Assembly (NCBI GenBank): GCA_963762115.1
Contig: CAVXJH010000005.1
Location: 32,001-96,000, forward strand
Length of the DNA: 64,000 nt
Reading direction: 5' to 3'
From: Candidatus Babeliales bacterium
Lineage (GTDB): Bacteria > Babelota > Babeliae > Babelales > JANWKD01
Within the stretch, counting starts at the first letter, position 1. Each line of letters begins with the position of its first letter. The translations under genes and the position numbers were made by a program. Below, piece by piece: positions 29,927 to 41,000 of the stretch. A model generated the notes under the pieces. That model was given only the letters and a program-made list of their open reading frames with translations. It did not search any database and had not been told where the DNA came from.

Positions 29927-30451
29927 ATGAAAAAAACACAGATTTTTTTGTTGAGTCTATCATTTTTCTTACTGTCATCAGCAATGGAAGAAAAACCTGG
30001 CTCAAAAAAACCAAAAAAAATTAGCTTTGCGATTGAACCAAAAAAGAAAATTCTCACAAAAGAAGAGCGATTTTCCAGAGAGATGCTCGCACTTAACGCT
30101 AAACAAGCGCAAAGAAAAATTAAAGAATGCACCAAATATGCAAAACGAGCCGTAAAACAAGCACAAAAAACCAAAGACAGGACAACAAAAACAGAAAAAC
30201 TTGATTCAGCTGAAGATTTTTATTGCCAAACCGCTCTCATCTATTTAACTATTTTTGCCTCTGATATGCAAAATATGGATGCTTTTGATAAAGCACAAAA
30301 CATAATGGAAAAAGATGTCTATTCAATAGGAGTAAAACGGCAAGAATATAATATTAGTTTTTACGTACATCCAAATCTGGAATTCACCTGGAAAAAATTC
30401 CGCGAAGCAGAAGACAATTTGCGCATTCAACAAAAAAGAAAAATTTGCTAA
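29927..30451 (+). CDS. secreted basic hypothetical protein
   Basis: Signal peptide ending LSSA-MEE. Confidence 0.75.
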   Translation: MKKTQIFLLSLSFFLLSSAMEEKPGSKKPKKISFAIEPKKKILTKEERFSREMLALNAKQAQRKIKECTKYAKRAVKQAQKTKDRTTKTEKLDSAEDFYCQTALIYLTIFASDMQNMDAFDKAQNIMEKDVYSIGVKRQEYNISFYVHPNLEFTWKKFREAEDNLRIQQKRKIC

Positions 30452-30475
30452 CATAATTCAAAAAGAGGAGAGCGT

Positions 30476-32542
30476 ATGAAAAAGAAATTAATAGTACTCA
30501 TAGGTTTTATGAGTATATTTTCAGGATGTTTAGAACAACAAAAAACAAAACATCCAAATTCTATTGAATCAATAAACGATATAATCAATTATTTTCCAAC
30601 AACAAGCGATGAAATTAAACAAATTGCAGCTGATGCACAAACAAAAACACAAAATTTAATTTCAACCCTACTTACTACACCTCCAGGACAAGAATCATTC
30701 GAAACAATTTTTGGTGTTTTTGATAAAGCCATTGCCGCCATGACACGGGCAATTAGTCTCTTTGAAGTTATTTCCCTGACTAATCCTCATGAATCTTTAC
30801 GTACTGCAGCGCAAGAAGAAAGTGTGCGATTACAGGGAATTTTTATTGATTTAATAAGTCAAAATAAAAATCTTTATAACAAATTATCATCATATGCAGA
30901 TACCAGTGCAAACCATGAAACATTAAGTGATGCTCAAAAATATTTTATTAAAGAAACACTTGAGTCATATCAACGAGATGGTATAAATTTACCCGAGGAA
31001 AAAAGAGATCAAGTGGCAAAAGTTAAAAAAGAACTTGCCGATCTTACCACCCTTTTTGATAAAAACGTCAATGATGATGCAAGCACAATTGAAGTTCCCC
31101 TTGAAGGATTAAAAGGGCTTAGTGAAGAATTTATAACAAATCTCAAAAAAAACTCTGAAGGATTATATATTCTGGGTGTTGACTATCCCACCTATCAACA
31201 AGTAATAAAACAAGCTGAAGATCAGCAAACACGAAAAAAAATTCTTGAAGCATTTAATAATCGTGCATACCCGGCCAATATAAAAGTATTAGATGCAATT
31301 ATTGTTAAAAGAAATGAGCTTGCTCAACTTTTAAACTTCCCAAGCTTCTCTCATCTCAATATGGCAAGCGAGATGGCAAAAACACCTGAAAAAGTTGAAT
31401 CATTTCTAGAAGAATTATTAGAAAAATCACTCAAGAAAACATCAAAAGAATTTGCTGAATTAACAAAAGAGTTACCACCTTCTGTAAACTTGAACCCTGA
31501 TGGCACCATGAATGCATGGGATATTCAATTTGTTGCTACGTGGTATACCAAAAAGAATTATGACCTAGATCCTTATAAAGTTGCTGAATATTTTCCTATG
31601 GAAAAAACCATTGAAGGTCTTTTCAATATTTACCAACAATTTTTTGGTCTTCGCTTTCAAGAACTGCCCTTAACAGGCCTTTGGGATAAAGAATTAAAAC
31701 TCCTTGCAGTTTATAAAAACGAAACCTTGCTTGGTTATCTTATTCTTGATTTATACCCTCGTGATAACAAACGCGCAGGTGCTTTTAACGCTACTATTAT
31801 CCCAACGTTACGCACCAAAGATGGCAACATTACCCCTGCACTCAGTCTTGTTGTAGCAAATTTACCAAAATCAACGGCAACTAAACCATCACTCCTTTTG
31901 CGCAGCGATGTAAGCACTTTTTTCCATGAATTTGGGCATGCTCTTCATGCATTACTTGGCGCAACTGAATTAGAATCACAATCAGGCACCAATGTTAAAA
32001 CAGATTTTGTTGAGCTACCATCTCAAATGCTCGAAGAATGGTTATTTGATAAAGATATTCTTTCTAATCTGAGTAGTCATTATGTAACGGGAGAAAAATT
32101 ATCACCCGATACTCTTGATAAAATTCTTATTTTAAAAAATCTTTCCAATGGAAAATGGATAACCACACAAATACTCTATTCTTTTTTTGCCCTCAAATTA
32201 TTTGGTCCTGGCACAGAAAAAGATTCACAAAAAATACTGCAAGAATTACAACAAAAACTTGATAAACATATCTTCAGCGGACCCAATGATCATATGCAAG
32301 CTGCATTTCACCATTTAACAGGTTATGGAGCACGATATTATAGTTATGTATGGTCAAAAGTATTTGCGCTTGATATTTTTAATGAAATAAAAAAAGCTGG
32401 ATTACTTAATCCTGAAATTGGTAAAAAATATAGTGATACTATTTTGAGTAAAGGAGGCAGCAAAGATCCTGAACTTTTATTAATTGACTTCTTAGGACGA
32501 AAACCAAATTCAGAAGCTTTTTTTAAAGATCTTGGCTTATAA
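30476..32542 (+). CDS. M3A oligopeptidase, probable lipoprotein (copy 1)
   Basis: FFHEFGHALH, DFVELPSQMLEEW, GYGARYYSY; FSGC lipobox-like. Confidence 0.93.
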   Translation: MKKKLIVLIGFMSIFSGCLEQQKTKHPNSIESINDIINYFPTTSDEIKQIAADAQTKTQNLISTLLTTPPGQESFETIFGVFDKAIAAMTRAISLFEVISLTNPHESLRTAAQEESVRLQGIFIDLISQNKNLYNKLSSYADTSANHETLSDAQKYFIKETLESYQRDGINLPEEKRDQVAKVKKELADLTTLFDKNVNDDASTIEVPLEGLKGLSEEFITNLKKNSEGLYILGVDYPTYQQVIKQAEDQQTRKKILEAFNNRAYPANIKVLDAIIVKRNELAQLLNFPSFSHLNMASEMAKTPEKVESFLEELLEKSLKKTSKEFAELTKELPPSVNLNPDGTMNAWDIQFVATWYTKKNYDLDPYKVAEYFPMEKTIEGLFNIYQQFFGLRFQELPLTGLWDKELKLLAVYKNETLLGYLILDLYPRDNKRAGAFNATIIPTLRTKDGNITPALSLVVANLPKSTATKPSLLLRSDVSTFFHEFGHALHALLGATELESQSGTNVKTDFVELPSQMLEEWLFDKDILSNLSSHYVTGEKLSPDTLDKILILKNLSNGKWITTQILYSFFALKLFGPGTEKDSQKILQELQQKLDKHIFSGPNDHMQAAFHHLTGYGARYYSYVWSKVFALDIFNEIKKAGLLNPEIGKKYSDTILSKGGSKDPELLLIDFLGRKPNSEAFFKDLGL

Positions 32543-32559
32543 TTAATGAAAGAAAAATC

Positions 32560-34629
32560 ATGAAAAAAAGGCTCATAGTAATAGTATCTTTAATTATCAT
32601 TTTTCCCTGTTGTTTAGAAATAGAATCTTCTAAAGCATTACCTGATGTGGTTAAATCGGTTCATGATGTTGTTGCCTATTTTCCAACAACGAGTCAAGAA
32701 ATAAGAAACATATCAAATACCACCCAAAAAGAAGTTGAAGAATTAATTTCCACTATAATCAACACTACCCCAAAAGAATATTCATTTAAAACAACTTTTG
32801 GTGTTTTAGATAAAGCTTTCGCTCTTATGTCGCGCACAATCAGTCTTTTTGAAATTATTTTTAAACTTAATCCTGATGAAGTTTTACGCAAAATTGCCGA
32901 AGATGAAGCCGTGCGATTACAACAACTATTTGTTGATTTAATAGGCCAAAATAAAAATCTTTATAACACCTTATCGGCATATGCAAATACAACATCAAAA
33001 AATGAAGATCTAACTGATTCACAAAAATATTTCATCAAAGAAACCCTTGAAGCATATAGACGTGAGGGATTAGATTTACCTGACGAAAAGCAGGATTTAG
33101 TTAAAAAAATAAAAAAGGAACTTGCAGATCTCTCGTCACTTTTTGATAAAAATATTAATGATGACATAAGAACAATTAAAGTTTCTCGCGAAGCACTCAA
33201 AGGCATTGATGAAGATTTTATTAACGAACTAAAAAAAACGTCTGAAGGTCTCTATATATTAAATATTGATGAGCCGACTTATTATATCATAATGAAACAA
33301 GGTGAAGATGCTCAAACTCGAAAGAAGCTCTTTGAAGCAGTTTTAAGTCTTGCATTTCCTGCAAATATGCACGTTTTAGAAGAGATTATTGCCAAGAGAA
33401 ATGAACTTGCTCAACTCTTGCATTTTCCAAGCTTTGCTCATTTAGATATCGCGGGCCAAATGGCAAAAACACCAGAAACCGTTGAAGCATTTTTAAAAGG
33501 ATTGTTAGAAAAATCAGCAAAAAAAGCTTCTTTAGAATTTGCTGATTTAACAAAGGAATTACCACCCTCAGTAGTGTTAACCCCTGAAGGCAAATTACAA
33601 CCGTGGGATCGCCAATTTCTAGATAATTGGTATATCAAAAAGCATTATGATATTGATCCCTTTAAAATTGCTGAATATTTTCCCATGGAAAAAACTATTG
33701 AAGGGCTTTTTGATATCTACCAACAATTTTTTGATCTTCATTTTGAACAAGTTCCACTCACAGGCTTATGGGATAAAGAATTGAAACTTCTTGAAGTATA
33801 TAAAGATACTCTATTCTTAGGTTATATTATTCTGGATTTACATCCTCGCGATAATAAACGAAAAAATGCTTTTAATACAACATTAATTCCAGCATTGCGA
33901 ACGCATGATCGGAAGATCAATCCTGCACTTACTCTCGTTAATGCAAATTTTCCTAAAGCTACTGCTACAAAACCTTCATTGTTATTACGAATAGATGTAA
34001 GTACCTTTTTTCATGAGTTTGGTCATGCTTTGCACGCCTTACTTGGTGCAACAGAATTAGAATCGCAATCAGGCACCAATGTTAAAACAGATTTTGTTGA
34101 GTTACCCTCGCAAATGCTAGAAGAATGGTTGTTTGATAAAGATATTCTACATAATTTAAGTAGTCATTATAAAACGGACGAAAAATTATCGACTGATGTC
34201 ATTAATACAATAATTTCTTTAAAAAAACTTAATTCTGGCAAATCAACCATTGATCAACTCATTTATTCATATCTTGCTCTCCGTTATTTTGGTTCTGAAA
34301 AACAAAAAGACACGCAAGACATTCTCAAAAATTTACAAGAAACAATTGATGTTCACACACAATATGATCCCAATGATCATTTCCAAACTTCGTTCAATCA
34401 CTTAACCGGCTATGGTGCAAAATATTACAGTTATTTATGGTCACAAGTATTTGCGCTTGATCTCTTTAATGAAATTAAAAAACAGGGCTTACTCAACCCT
34501 ATCATTGGCAAAAAATATAGTGATACTATTTTGAGTAAAGGAGGCAGCAAAGATCCTGAACTGCTCTTAATTGACTTCTTGGGAAGAAAACCAAACTCTG
34601 ATGCATTCTTTAAAGATCTTGGCTTATAG
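32560..34629 (+). CDS. M3A oligopeptidase (copy 2)
   Basis: Same zinc-binding motifs; signal peptide with Cys-Cys. Confidence 0.93.
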   Translation: MKKRLIVIVSLIIIFPCCLEIESSKALPDVVKSVHDVVAYFPTTSQEIRNISNTTQKEVEELISTIINTTPKEYSFKTTFGVLDKAFALMSRTISLFEIIFKLNPDEVLRKIAEDEAVRLQQLFVDLIGQNKNLYNTLSAYANTTSKNEDLTDSQKYFIKETLEAYRREGLDLPDEKQDLVKKIKKELADLSSLFDKNINDDIRTIKVSREALKGIDEDFINELKKTSEGLYILNIDEPTYYIIMKQGEDAQTRKKLFEAVLSLAFPANMHVLEEIIAKRNELAQLLHFPSFAHLDIAGQMAKTPETVEAFLKGLLEKSAKKASLEFADLTKELPPSVVLTPEGKLQPWDRQFLDNWYIKKHYDIDPFKIAEYFPMEKTIEGLFDIYQQFFDLHFEQVPLTGLWDKELKLLEVYKDTLFLGYIILDLHPRDNKRKNAFNTTLIPALRTHDRKINPALTLVNANFPKATATKPSLLLRIDVSTFFHEFGHALHALLGATELESQSGTNVKTDFVELPSQMLEEWLFDKDILHNLSSHYKTDEKLSTDVINTIISLKKLNSGKSTIDQLIYSYLALRYFGSEKQKDTQDILKNLQETIDVHTQYDPNDHFQTSFNHLTGYGAKYYSYLWSQVFALDLFNEIKKQGLLNPIIGKKYSDTILSKGGSKDPELLLIDFLGRKPNSDAFFKDLGL

Positions 34630-34651
34630 TAGATGAAAACGTAGACTAATA

Positions 34652-36739
34652 ATGAAAGAAAAAATCATGAAAACTACCATGAAAGTCCTTACAATTATGT
34701 CACTAATTACCCTCAATGCACACTCAAAAAATACTGGTTATCCCCTTGAAATGCCGTTGATTCAATCAACAGCAGATGTTGTCGCTCTATTTCCCAAAAC
34801 ACCTGATGAAATCAAACAACTATCAGAAAATACTCTGGCAAAGGTACAACAACAGATTCAAATGCTTATAGCATTACCCCTACAAGAATTAACCTATGAT
34901 AACACTTTGCGCGCTCTTGATAGGGCAATGGATACTTTTTCCCGCACCACACAAGCCCTAGAGATCATACTACTACTCAGCCCATTCGAACAGCTTCGCA
35001 CGGCAGCGCAAGAAGAAATCATGAAACTACAATCAGCATCTGTTGATTTATTTAATCAAAATAAAGCGTTATATCATATTGTTGCCCACCATGCACAAAC
35101 ACGCGCCATTACTGAAAAATTATCGCCAGAAGAACGATACTTTGAGCAAGAAACATTAAAAGAATTTATGCGTAATGGCCTTGATCAACCAGATGATAAA
35201 CGTGCAATAACAAGTAAATTACAAAAAGAATTAGCCAACCTCTGTACCACTTTTGATAAAAACATTAATGACGACACAACAACTATCACCGTTTCTCCAG
35301 AAGAATTAGATGGCATTGAACAAGATTTTATCAATAATCTCAAAAAAACTGCCGATGGGAATATAATTCTTGGTGTCGATTATCCCACTTACTATAAGAT
35401 TATAGAACAATGCCATAATCAAGAAACTCGTAAAAAGCTCTATCACGCATTCTCCAATCGTGCTTATCCAGCCAATATTGAAATTTTAGAAAAAATAATT
35501 GCTACTCGAGACAAACTAGCACAACAATTGAACATGAAAAGTTATGCCCACCTTAACATAGCAAGTGAAATGGCAAAATCACCCGATACCGTTGAAGAGT
35601 TTCTTCTTGATTTATGGCAAAAAGCGACACAAAAAGAAATGTTAGAAGTTGAGCAACTTAAAGAGGAATTGCCATCTTCTGTCGAACTTTCTCCTGAAGG
35701 GAAAATACAACCCTGGGATAGATTATACCTTGCTGAGATGTATAAAAAAAGAAACTACAACATTGATGAATATGCTATTGCTGAATATTTCCCCATGGAA
35801 AAAACCGTTGAAGGACTACTCAAAATTTATGAAACGTTTTTTAGTATTACTTTTAAACAAGTTTCACTATCAGGGCTATGGCATGAAGACGTAAGAACTC
35901 TGGAAGTGTATCGCGATAAAACTTTATTAGGATATATCCTACTTGACCTTCATCCACGAGATTTTAAATATGGTCATGCTTGTGAAATCACCGTTGTTCC
36001 TGCATTACTTTCAGAACAAAATGAAATCAAGCCTGCTGTCGTCGTTGTTGTTGCAAATTTCCCCAAAGCATCTGCTCATAAACCCTCGCTCTTATCACGA
36101 TCAGATGTAGGAACATTTTTTCATGAATTTGGCCATGCTTTGCATTCTATTTTAGGCGCAACTCGATTAGCATCACAGTCTGGCACCAACACAAAACATG
36201 ATTTTGTAGAAATGCCTTCTCAAATGCTCGAAGAATGGTTATTGGATAAAGATATTTTACGTAACTTAAGCTCTCATTATCAAACAGATGAAAAATTATC
36301 ACCTGACATCATTGAAACATTGCTACAATTGAAAAATTTTAGTTCAGGCACATGGGTTTCTCGACAAATATTTATATCGCTTTTGGCTCTTGAATATTTC
36401 AAAGCAGGCGCACAAAAAGATACGCAAGCAATCATGAAGCAACTACATGAAAAAACACGGTTATACGATCAATATGATCCAAACAATCATTTCCAAGCAT
36501 CATTTGGCCATTTAACCGGTTATGCAGCTCGTTATTATGGTTATTTGTGGTCAAAAGTATTCGCTCTTGATCTTTTTGACACCATAAAACAACATGGTTT
36601 GCTCGATCCAAAAATTGGCGCTCATTATGCGCAAAGTGTTCTGAGTAAAGGTGGCAGTAAAGATCCTAATGAATTGTTGTTTGATTTCTTAGGAAGAAAT
36701 CCTAATAATGAGGCATTTTTACGCGATTTAGGATTATAA
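34652..36739 (+). CDS. M3A oligopeptidase (copy 3)
   Basis: HEFGH, DFVEMPSQMLEEW, KYGHAC; signal peptide. Confidence 0.93.
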   Translation: MKEKIMKTTMKVLTIMSLITLNAHSKNTGYPLEMPLIQSTADVVALFPKTPDEIKQLSENTLAKVQQQIQMLIALPLQELTYDNTLRALDRAMDTFSRTTQALEIILLLSPFEQLRTAAQEEIMKLQSASVDLFNQNKALYHIVAHHAQTRAITEKLSPEERYFEQETLKEFMRNGLDQPDDKRAITSKLQKELANLCTTFDKNINDDTTTITVSPEELDGIEQDFINNLKKTADGNIILGVDYPTYYKIIEQCHNQETRKKLYHAFSNRAYPANIEILEKIIATRDKLAQQLNMKSYAHLNIASEMAKSPDTVEEFLLDLWQKATQKEMLEVEQLKEELPSSVELSPEGKIQPWDRLYLAEMYKKRNYNIDEYAIAEYFPMEKTVEGLLKIYETFFSITFKQVSLSGLWHEDVRTLEVYRDKTLLGYILLDLHPRDFKYGHACEITVVPALLSEQNEIKPAVVVVVANFPKASAHKPSLLSRSDVGTFFHEFGHALHSILGATRLASQSGTNTKHDFVEMPSQMLEEWLLDKDILRNLSSHYQTDEKLSPDIIETLLQLKNFSSGTWVSRQIFISLLALEYFKAGAQKDTQAIMKQLHEKTRLYDQYDPNNHFQASFGHLTGYAARYYGYLWSKVFALDLFDTIKQHGLLDPKIGAHYAQSVLSKGGSKDPNELLFDFLGRNPNNEAFLRDLGL

Positions 36740-36758
36740 AAAAAGAATATAAAAGCAG

Positions 36759-36794
36759 TAGAAGATGCCAACGAACAAGCGTTGGCATCTTCTA
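36759..36794. terminator. bidirectional terminator
   Basis: TAGAAGATGCCAACG-N6-CGTTGGCATCTTCTA. Confidence 0.8.
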
Positions 36795-36813
36795 TTTTGA
36801 AGGGAGAAATTAT

Positions 36814-37179
36814 CTACCATTGTTCTTCTTGAATAACATCATACAATTCTGGATCTTCATCTTCATTGTAATAGTAGCCACCATCATACAATTCATCAGC
36901 CGCAAGACCCAAACCTAAACCAAGGCCTAATCCAGCACCATAACCATAACCATAGCCACGGCCGCCTCTTCTTCCATAGTAATTTCGATTACCAAAGTTT
37001 CGACCACCACCGCGATTCATACCGCCACTACGCATGCCACCACCACGCATACCGCCACCTCGGCTCATACCACCACCACGCATACCGCCTCCGCCGCCAC
37101 CACGACTTTCAAGCGAAGAAACAACACCCACCATCATTATTAAAAACACAAAAATCGCCTTCAAATACCTATTATTCAT
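36814..37179 (-). CDS. secreted Gly/Arg-rich protein, related to 25628-26389
   Basis: Signal peptide, RGGGM repeats, GLGLGLG segment, acidic tail. Confidence 0.75.
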   Translation of the reverse strand: MNNRYLKAIFVFLIMMVGVVSSLESRGGGGGGMRGGGMSRGGGMRGGGMRSGGMNRGGGRNFGNRNYYGRRGGRGYGYGYGAGLGLGLGLGLAADELYDGGYYYNEDEDPELYDVIQEEQW

Positions 37180-37454
37180 ACAAAACCTTTCTTTTTTATC
37201 GAATACAATAACATGCTATTTTGTTATCATGCTGTATCACACACTACGCATTATATAAATAATACAATTTGAAAGCATAATAAATCAATAATTTTGTATT
37301 ATTTTCTTTTTTTTGTTTTTGTAGCGCAAAAAAGACTCATGTTACTCACTGAATAAAATAAACTAAAATTTTTCTAGCAACAGAGAGAAATGTGAGTTAG
37401 GATAAGCATTATACGAAGCTAAAATTCACAAAAATTTCATTTTGATTAACTAAT

Positions 37455-38063
37455 ATGCTAAAAAACTGCGGTATTATATTACGTAATTATTATCCTTATA
37501 AACAAAAAATTAGTCTTTTTGATAAGGAACACGGTCGCATTGAAGCGTGCATTAATAACACGCGTTTCAATAATGCCAATCAACTCAATAATGGCACGAT
37601 ACTCCGTTATCAAATAACCTTATACCCATCACCTTGCAAAATAAATGATTTAGAAATACTTTCTATCCCCTTTGCATTAGCAAAACATGACCTGGTATTT
37701 TTTCATCACATATTAGAACTCAGTTACTATTTTTTACCCCTTGGTGCCTCAGCGCCAGAGACTTTTGATCTTATTATGTATTTATTTAACACAGCATCAC
37801 TTAGCTTTAATAAACAACTTATTCTCTTTCGTTTTTTTATTTCTCTTGGCATGTACCCTGAACATATTCCCTTTGAAAAAAGTTATTTTATTTATTTAGC
37901 TTCACAAAAATTAGATATATTCTTTAAAGAAAAACTTGACGAAATACATCACAAAGTGCTTGAATCGTGGTTATTACAGTGCATTGCAATGCACCCCAAT
38001 AAAAATCAATTTAAAACAATTTCACATGAAAAAAATGTAATGGTGTCCAATGAAAAAATATAA
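37455..38063 (+). CDS. recO: DNA repair protein RecO-like (divergent)
   Basis: N-terminal GIILR...KISLFDKEHGRIEA OB-fold pattern and F.L.F...LG.YP motif. Confidence 0.6.
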   Translation: MLKNCGIILRNYYPYKQKISLFDKEHGRIEACINNTRFNNANQLNNGTILRYQITLYPSPCKINDLEILSIPFALAKHDLVFFHHILELSYYFLPLGASAPETFDLIMYLFNTASLSFNKQLILFRFFISLGMYPEHIPFEKSYFIYLASQKLDIFFKEKLDEIHHKVLESWLLQCIAMHPNKNQFKTISHEKNVMVSNEKI

Positions 38064-41000
38064 TCAACTCGTTTTGGCAATACTTATACTCATGCAAGCT
38101 ACACATTTGCAAGGCAGTCTTTTTGATTATTTTAAACTTGCTGTAAAAAAAAATGGGCCCACACAAGCAAAAACACGCTTCCCGCTCGGTATTACTGAAA
38201 AAAAAGAGCAGCTTCAACACTTACAAAATGATTTAACGGAACTACAAAACAATCAAAAAGATTTTTCAGAAAAGACTCAAATTAATCTTGATCAAACAAC
38301 AGCACAAATTAATGAGATAAAACAACTTATTAAAGATTCCCCAGCTTCAGAAGCTGGATTTTTAAATAGAATAATATCAATTCTCAATGAGACATATCAA
38401 ACACTCTTTACTCTACAATTTTCCTCAAAAGAATTATTAAAAATTATTGAACAACATATCACCTTACTAGAAGACTTTTTAAAAGATCCAGAATTCAAAT
38501 CATTAGATCTAAAATTACATTCTTTTTATACCTTCGAAGAACTGCAAGAACTTTCAAGAAGAATTGTCGCACAAGAAGACAAGGTTAAACGCCTCATTGA
38601 ACAAAAAAATGAAGCGCTCGTTGATCTTGATAACCGTAAGCGTAAAATAAACATACTCAATAAAGAATATCAAGAACGCAAAAAAAGACAGGAAGAATTC
38701 AGTTCAAAATCTACAGTGCCCATTGCATCAAATGAAAACCCAGAACTTGATTTTAGACAAGAAGGAAAATTATTAGATGTTGAAGAAACATTTTATCGTT
38801 TTGAAAAGCAATTAGCAGAACTAAAGGTACAAGAAGCAACACGCAAAATAGCTTTTTTTGACACTTCCATTGCTCTTGAATCAGAAAAATTAAAATTATT
38901 AAAAGCACACTTTGCACGTGTTAAAGAGTCTTTGAGAATTGAACCAAAAGATATAAAAGTTGCAAAAGAAAAATTAGAATTACAAAAAAAAGAGTCATTG
39001 AATTTACGTGATGGCTTTTATGATGCTATAAAAAAAGTAACAATTTATCGCGATGGCATCATTAAAGAAATAGAAGCATTAAAAAAAAATTATACAAAAA
39101 TCGATAGCAACACTTTAGGATTAACAGATTGGAGCGTGATTCCAAAAACTATTGATGCTTATACAGCACTTGCTGAACTTGGCTTAAAAAGCTCACAAAT
39201 CACGTTACTTGAAAATAAGATTGAAACATTAAAAGCAAATATTGAAAATGAAAAAATAGCTTTTAAACGCAAAGAAATTGAAGTCGACATTCTCACTTCT
39301 TGGTATAAAATAACGCGTCGTCAATTTAAAACTACTGATGAAATCGATCAAGAACTAAAACGCTATCAAGCATTAGTCACTGAATTATCTCGCGATGAAG
39401 CTGCAGCAAGAGAAAAAACAGCAACAATACAAAATGCTCTGGCGGCACAAAATAAAGCCCTCAGTAATATTAAACTTATTATTGCTGATCTAAAAACACA
39501 AAGAACTAAACTTTTCCGCGGCAATCTTCCTATTTATAACGCAAGTATTGCTCGATTTACCTTGGCAGAAAAAACATTAGAAGAACAAATAGAAGAAAGT
39601 AACCGACTCTTAAAAATTTATACGGCAAATTTAACAACAATCCGCAGCACCAGCCAAGAGTTGGTGAGCATTATTTCTACGCTTGAAAGCAAAAGTATTT
39701 GGCAACGATCTGAGTATGCTATTTCATGGAAAGGTATAAAAAATATTGGTAATGATTTTTCATTATTCTTCAAAGATATTGCTACCCTTGGCTCATTGTA
39801 TATAGCAAATTTTGACGCTCAACATGTAACCAAAATCACCGCACATTTTGGTCATCATCTCATCGATCTCTTTTTATTGATTCTCAAGATTTTGGCACTC
39901 ATTTTTATCTATTTTATGGGAAAAAAATATCTGCCTCAAGCAAGCAATTATTTCATGCGTTTCACTCCAACAAAACGATGGTTATTACTTGCATCGCGAA
40001 CAATAGGGGTCATTCTCAGCTTTATTAATGATTATTTCTTATCAATTTTTTGCTGGTTTGCTTTATTCACGCTCATTTATTTTGATGTAATCATTGACCT
40101 ATTCTTGCAAGTAATGTTTTATTTGCTTTCTATTATTTATTTTATCTATCTTATCAATCGCTTTATTGCCTATATCATTGCTTTTAACAAAGAACACAAC
40201 TCATTATTATTTGGACAACAATTCCAAAAAAGATTCTCTTTTGTATTTTCATGGTTTGGCTATTTAACCGTTATATTACTTTTCTTTCGAGAAGCATTTA
40301 TTTTGGCAACATACCATGCATCTGAATTCCCAACGATTTTATTAGCAACCTATTCAATTATTATCAGAACACTCATTATATTTTCAATTGGCAAAGATGA
40401 AATCATCAGTTTTATACCTTCGCGAGGAGCTGTTTGGCAAGCAGTTGCAGACTTCATTAATCGTTATTATTACCCGCTGTTAATTTTTATTATTATTCTC
40501 ATGATAATCAGTGATTCCTATGTCGGCGGTTATGGCAACCTTGTTTCCTATGTTGTGTGGGGCGTTATTGGCACCATGATCCTCATAAAACTCTTATTAG
40601 TTGGCCAAGATCACTTAAAAAAGAAAGCTTCAAAACTATTTTTTGCAACCGATGAAGAAACAATAAAAGAACGTTTTGTCTATGCAAAAACATGGTATGG
40701 TCTTTTTGTTGTTGGCTTATTTGTTGTTTTTAGCATTATTGGTCTTATTCTTAGTTTGCGTATTTGGGGAAAATCAACCTCATGGCAAGAGATTAGTTAT
40801 ATTCTTAACTATCCACTTTACCCATCAAGCTTTGATGTCGTAACCGGACAACATATCTGGCTTACCCCCATGACAATTTTATCTCTTCTTGGTTTTATTT
40901 GCGCTGGTTTTATTCTTGCATTTACTATAAATCGATTCGTTTTAATTCGTATTTTCCAACTTCTCCCTGTTGATATCGGCATCCAAAATACTGTTTTAAG

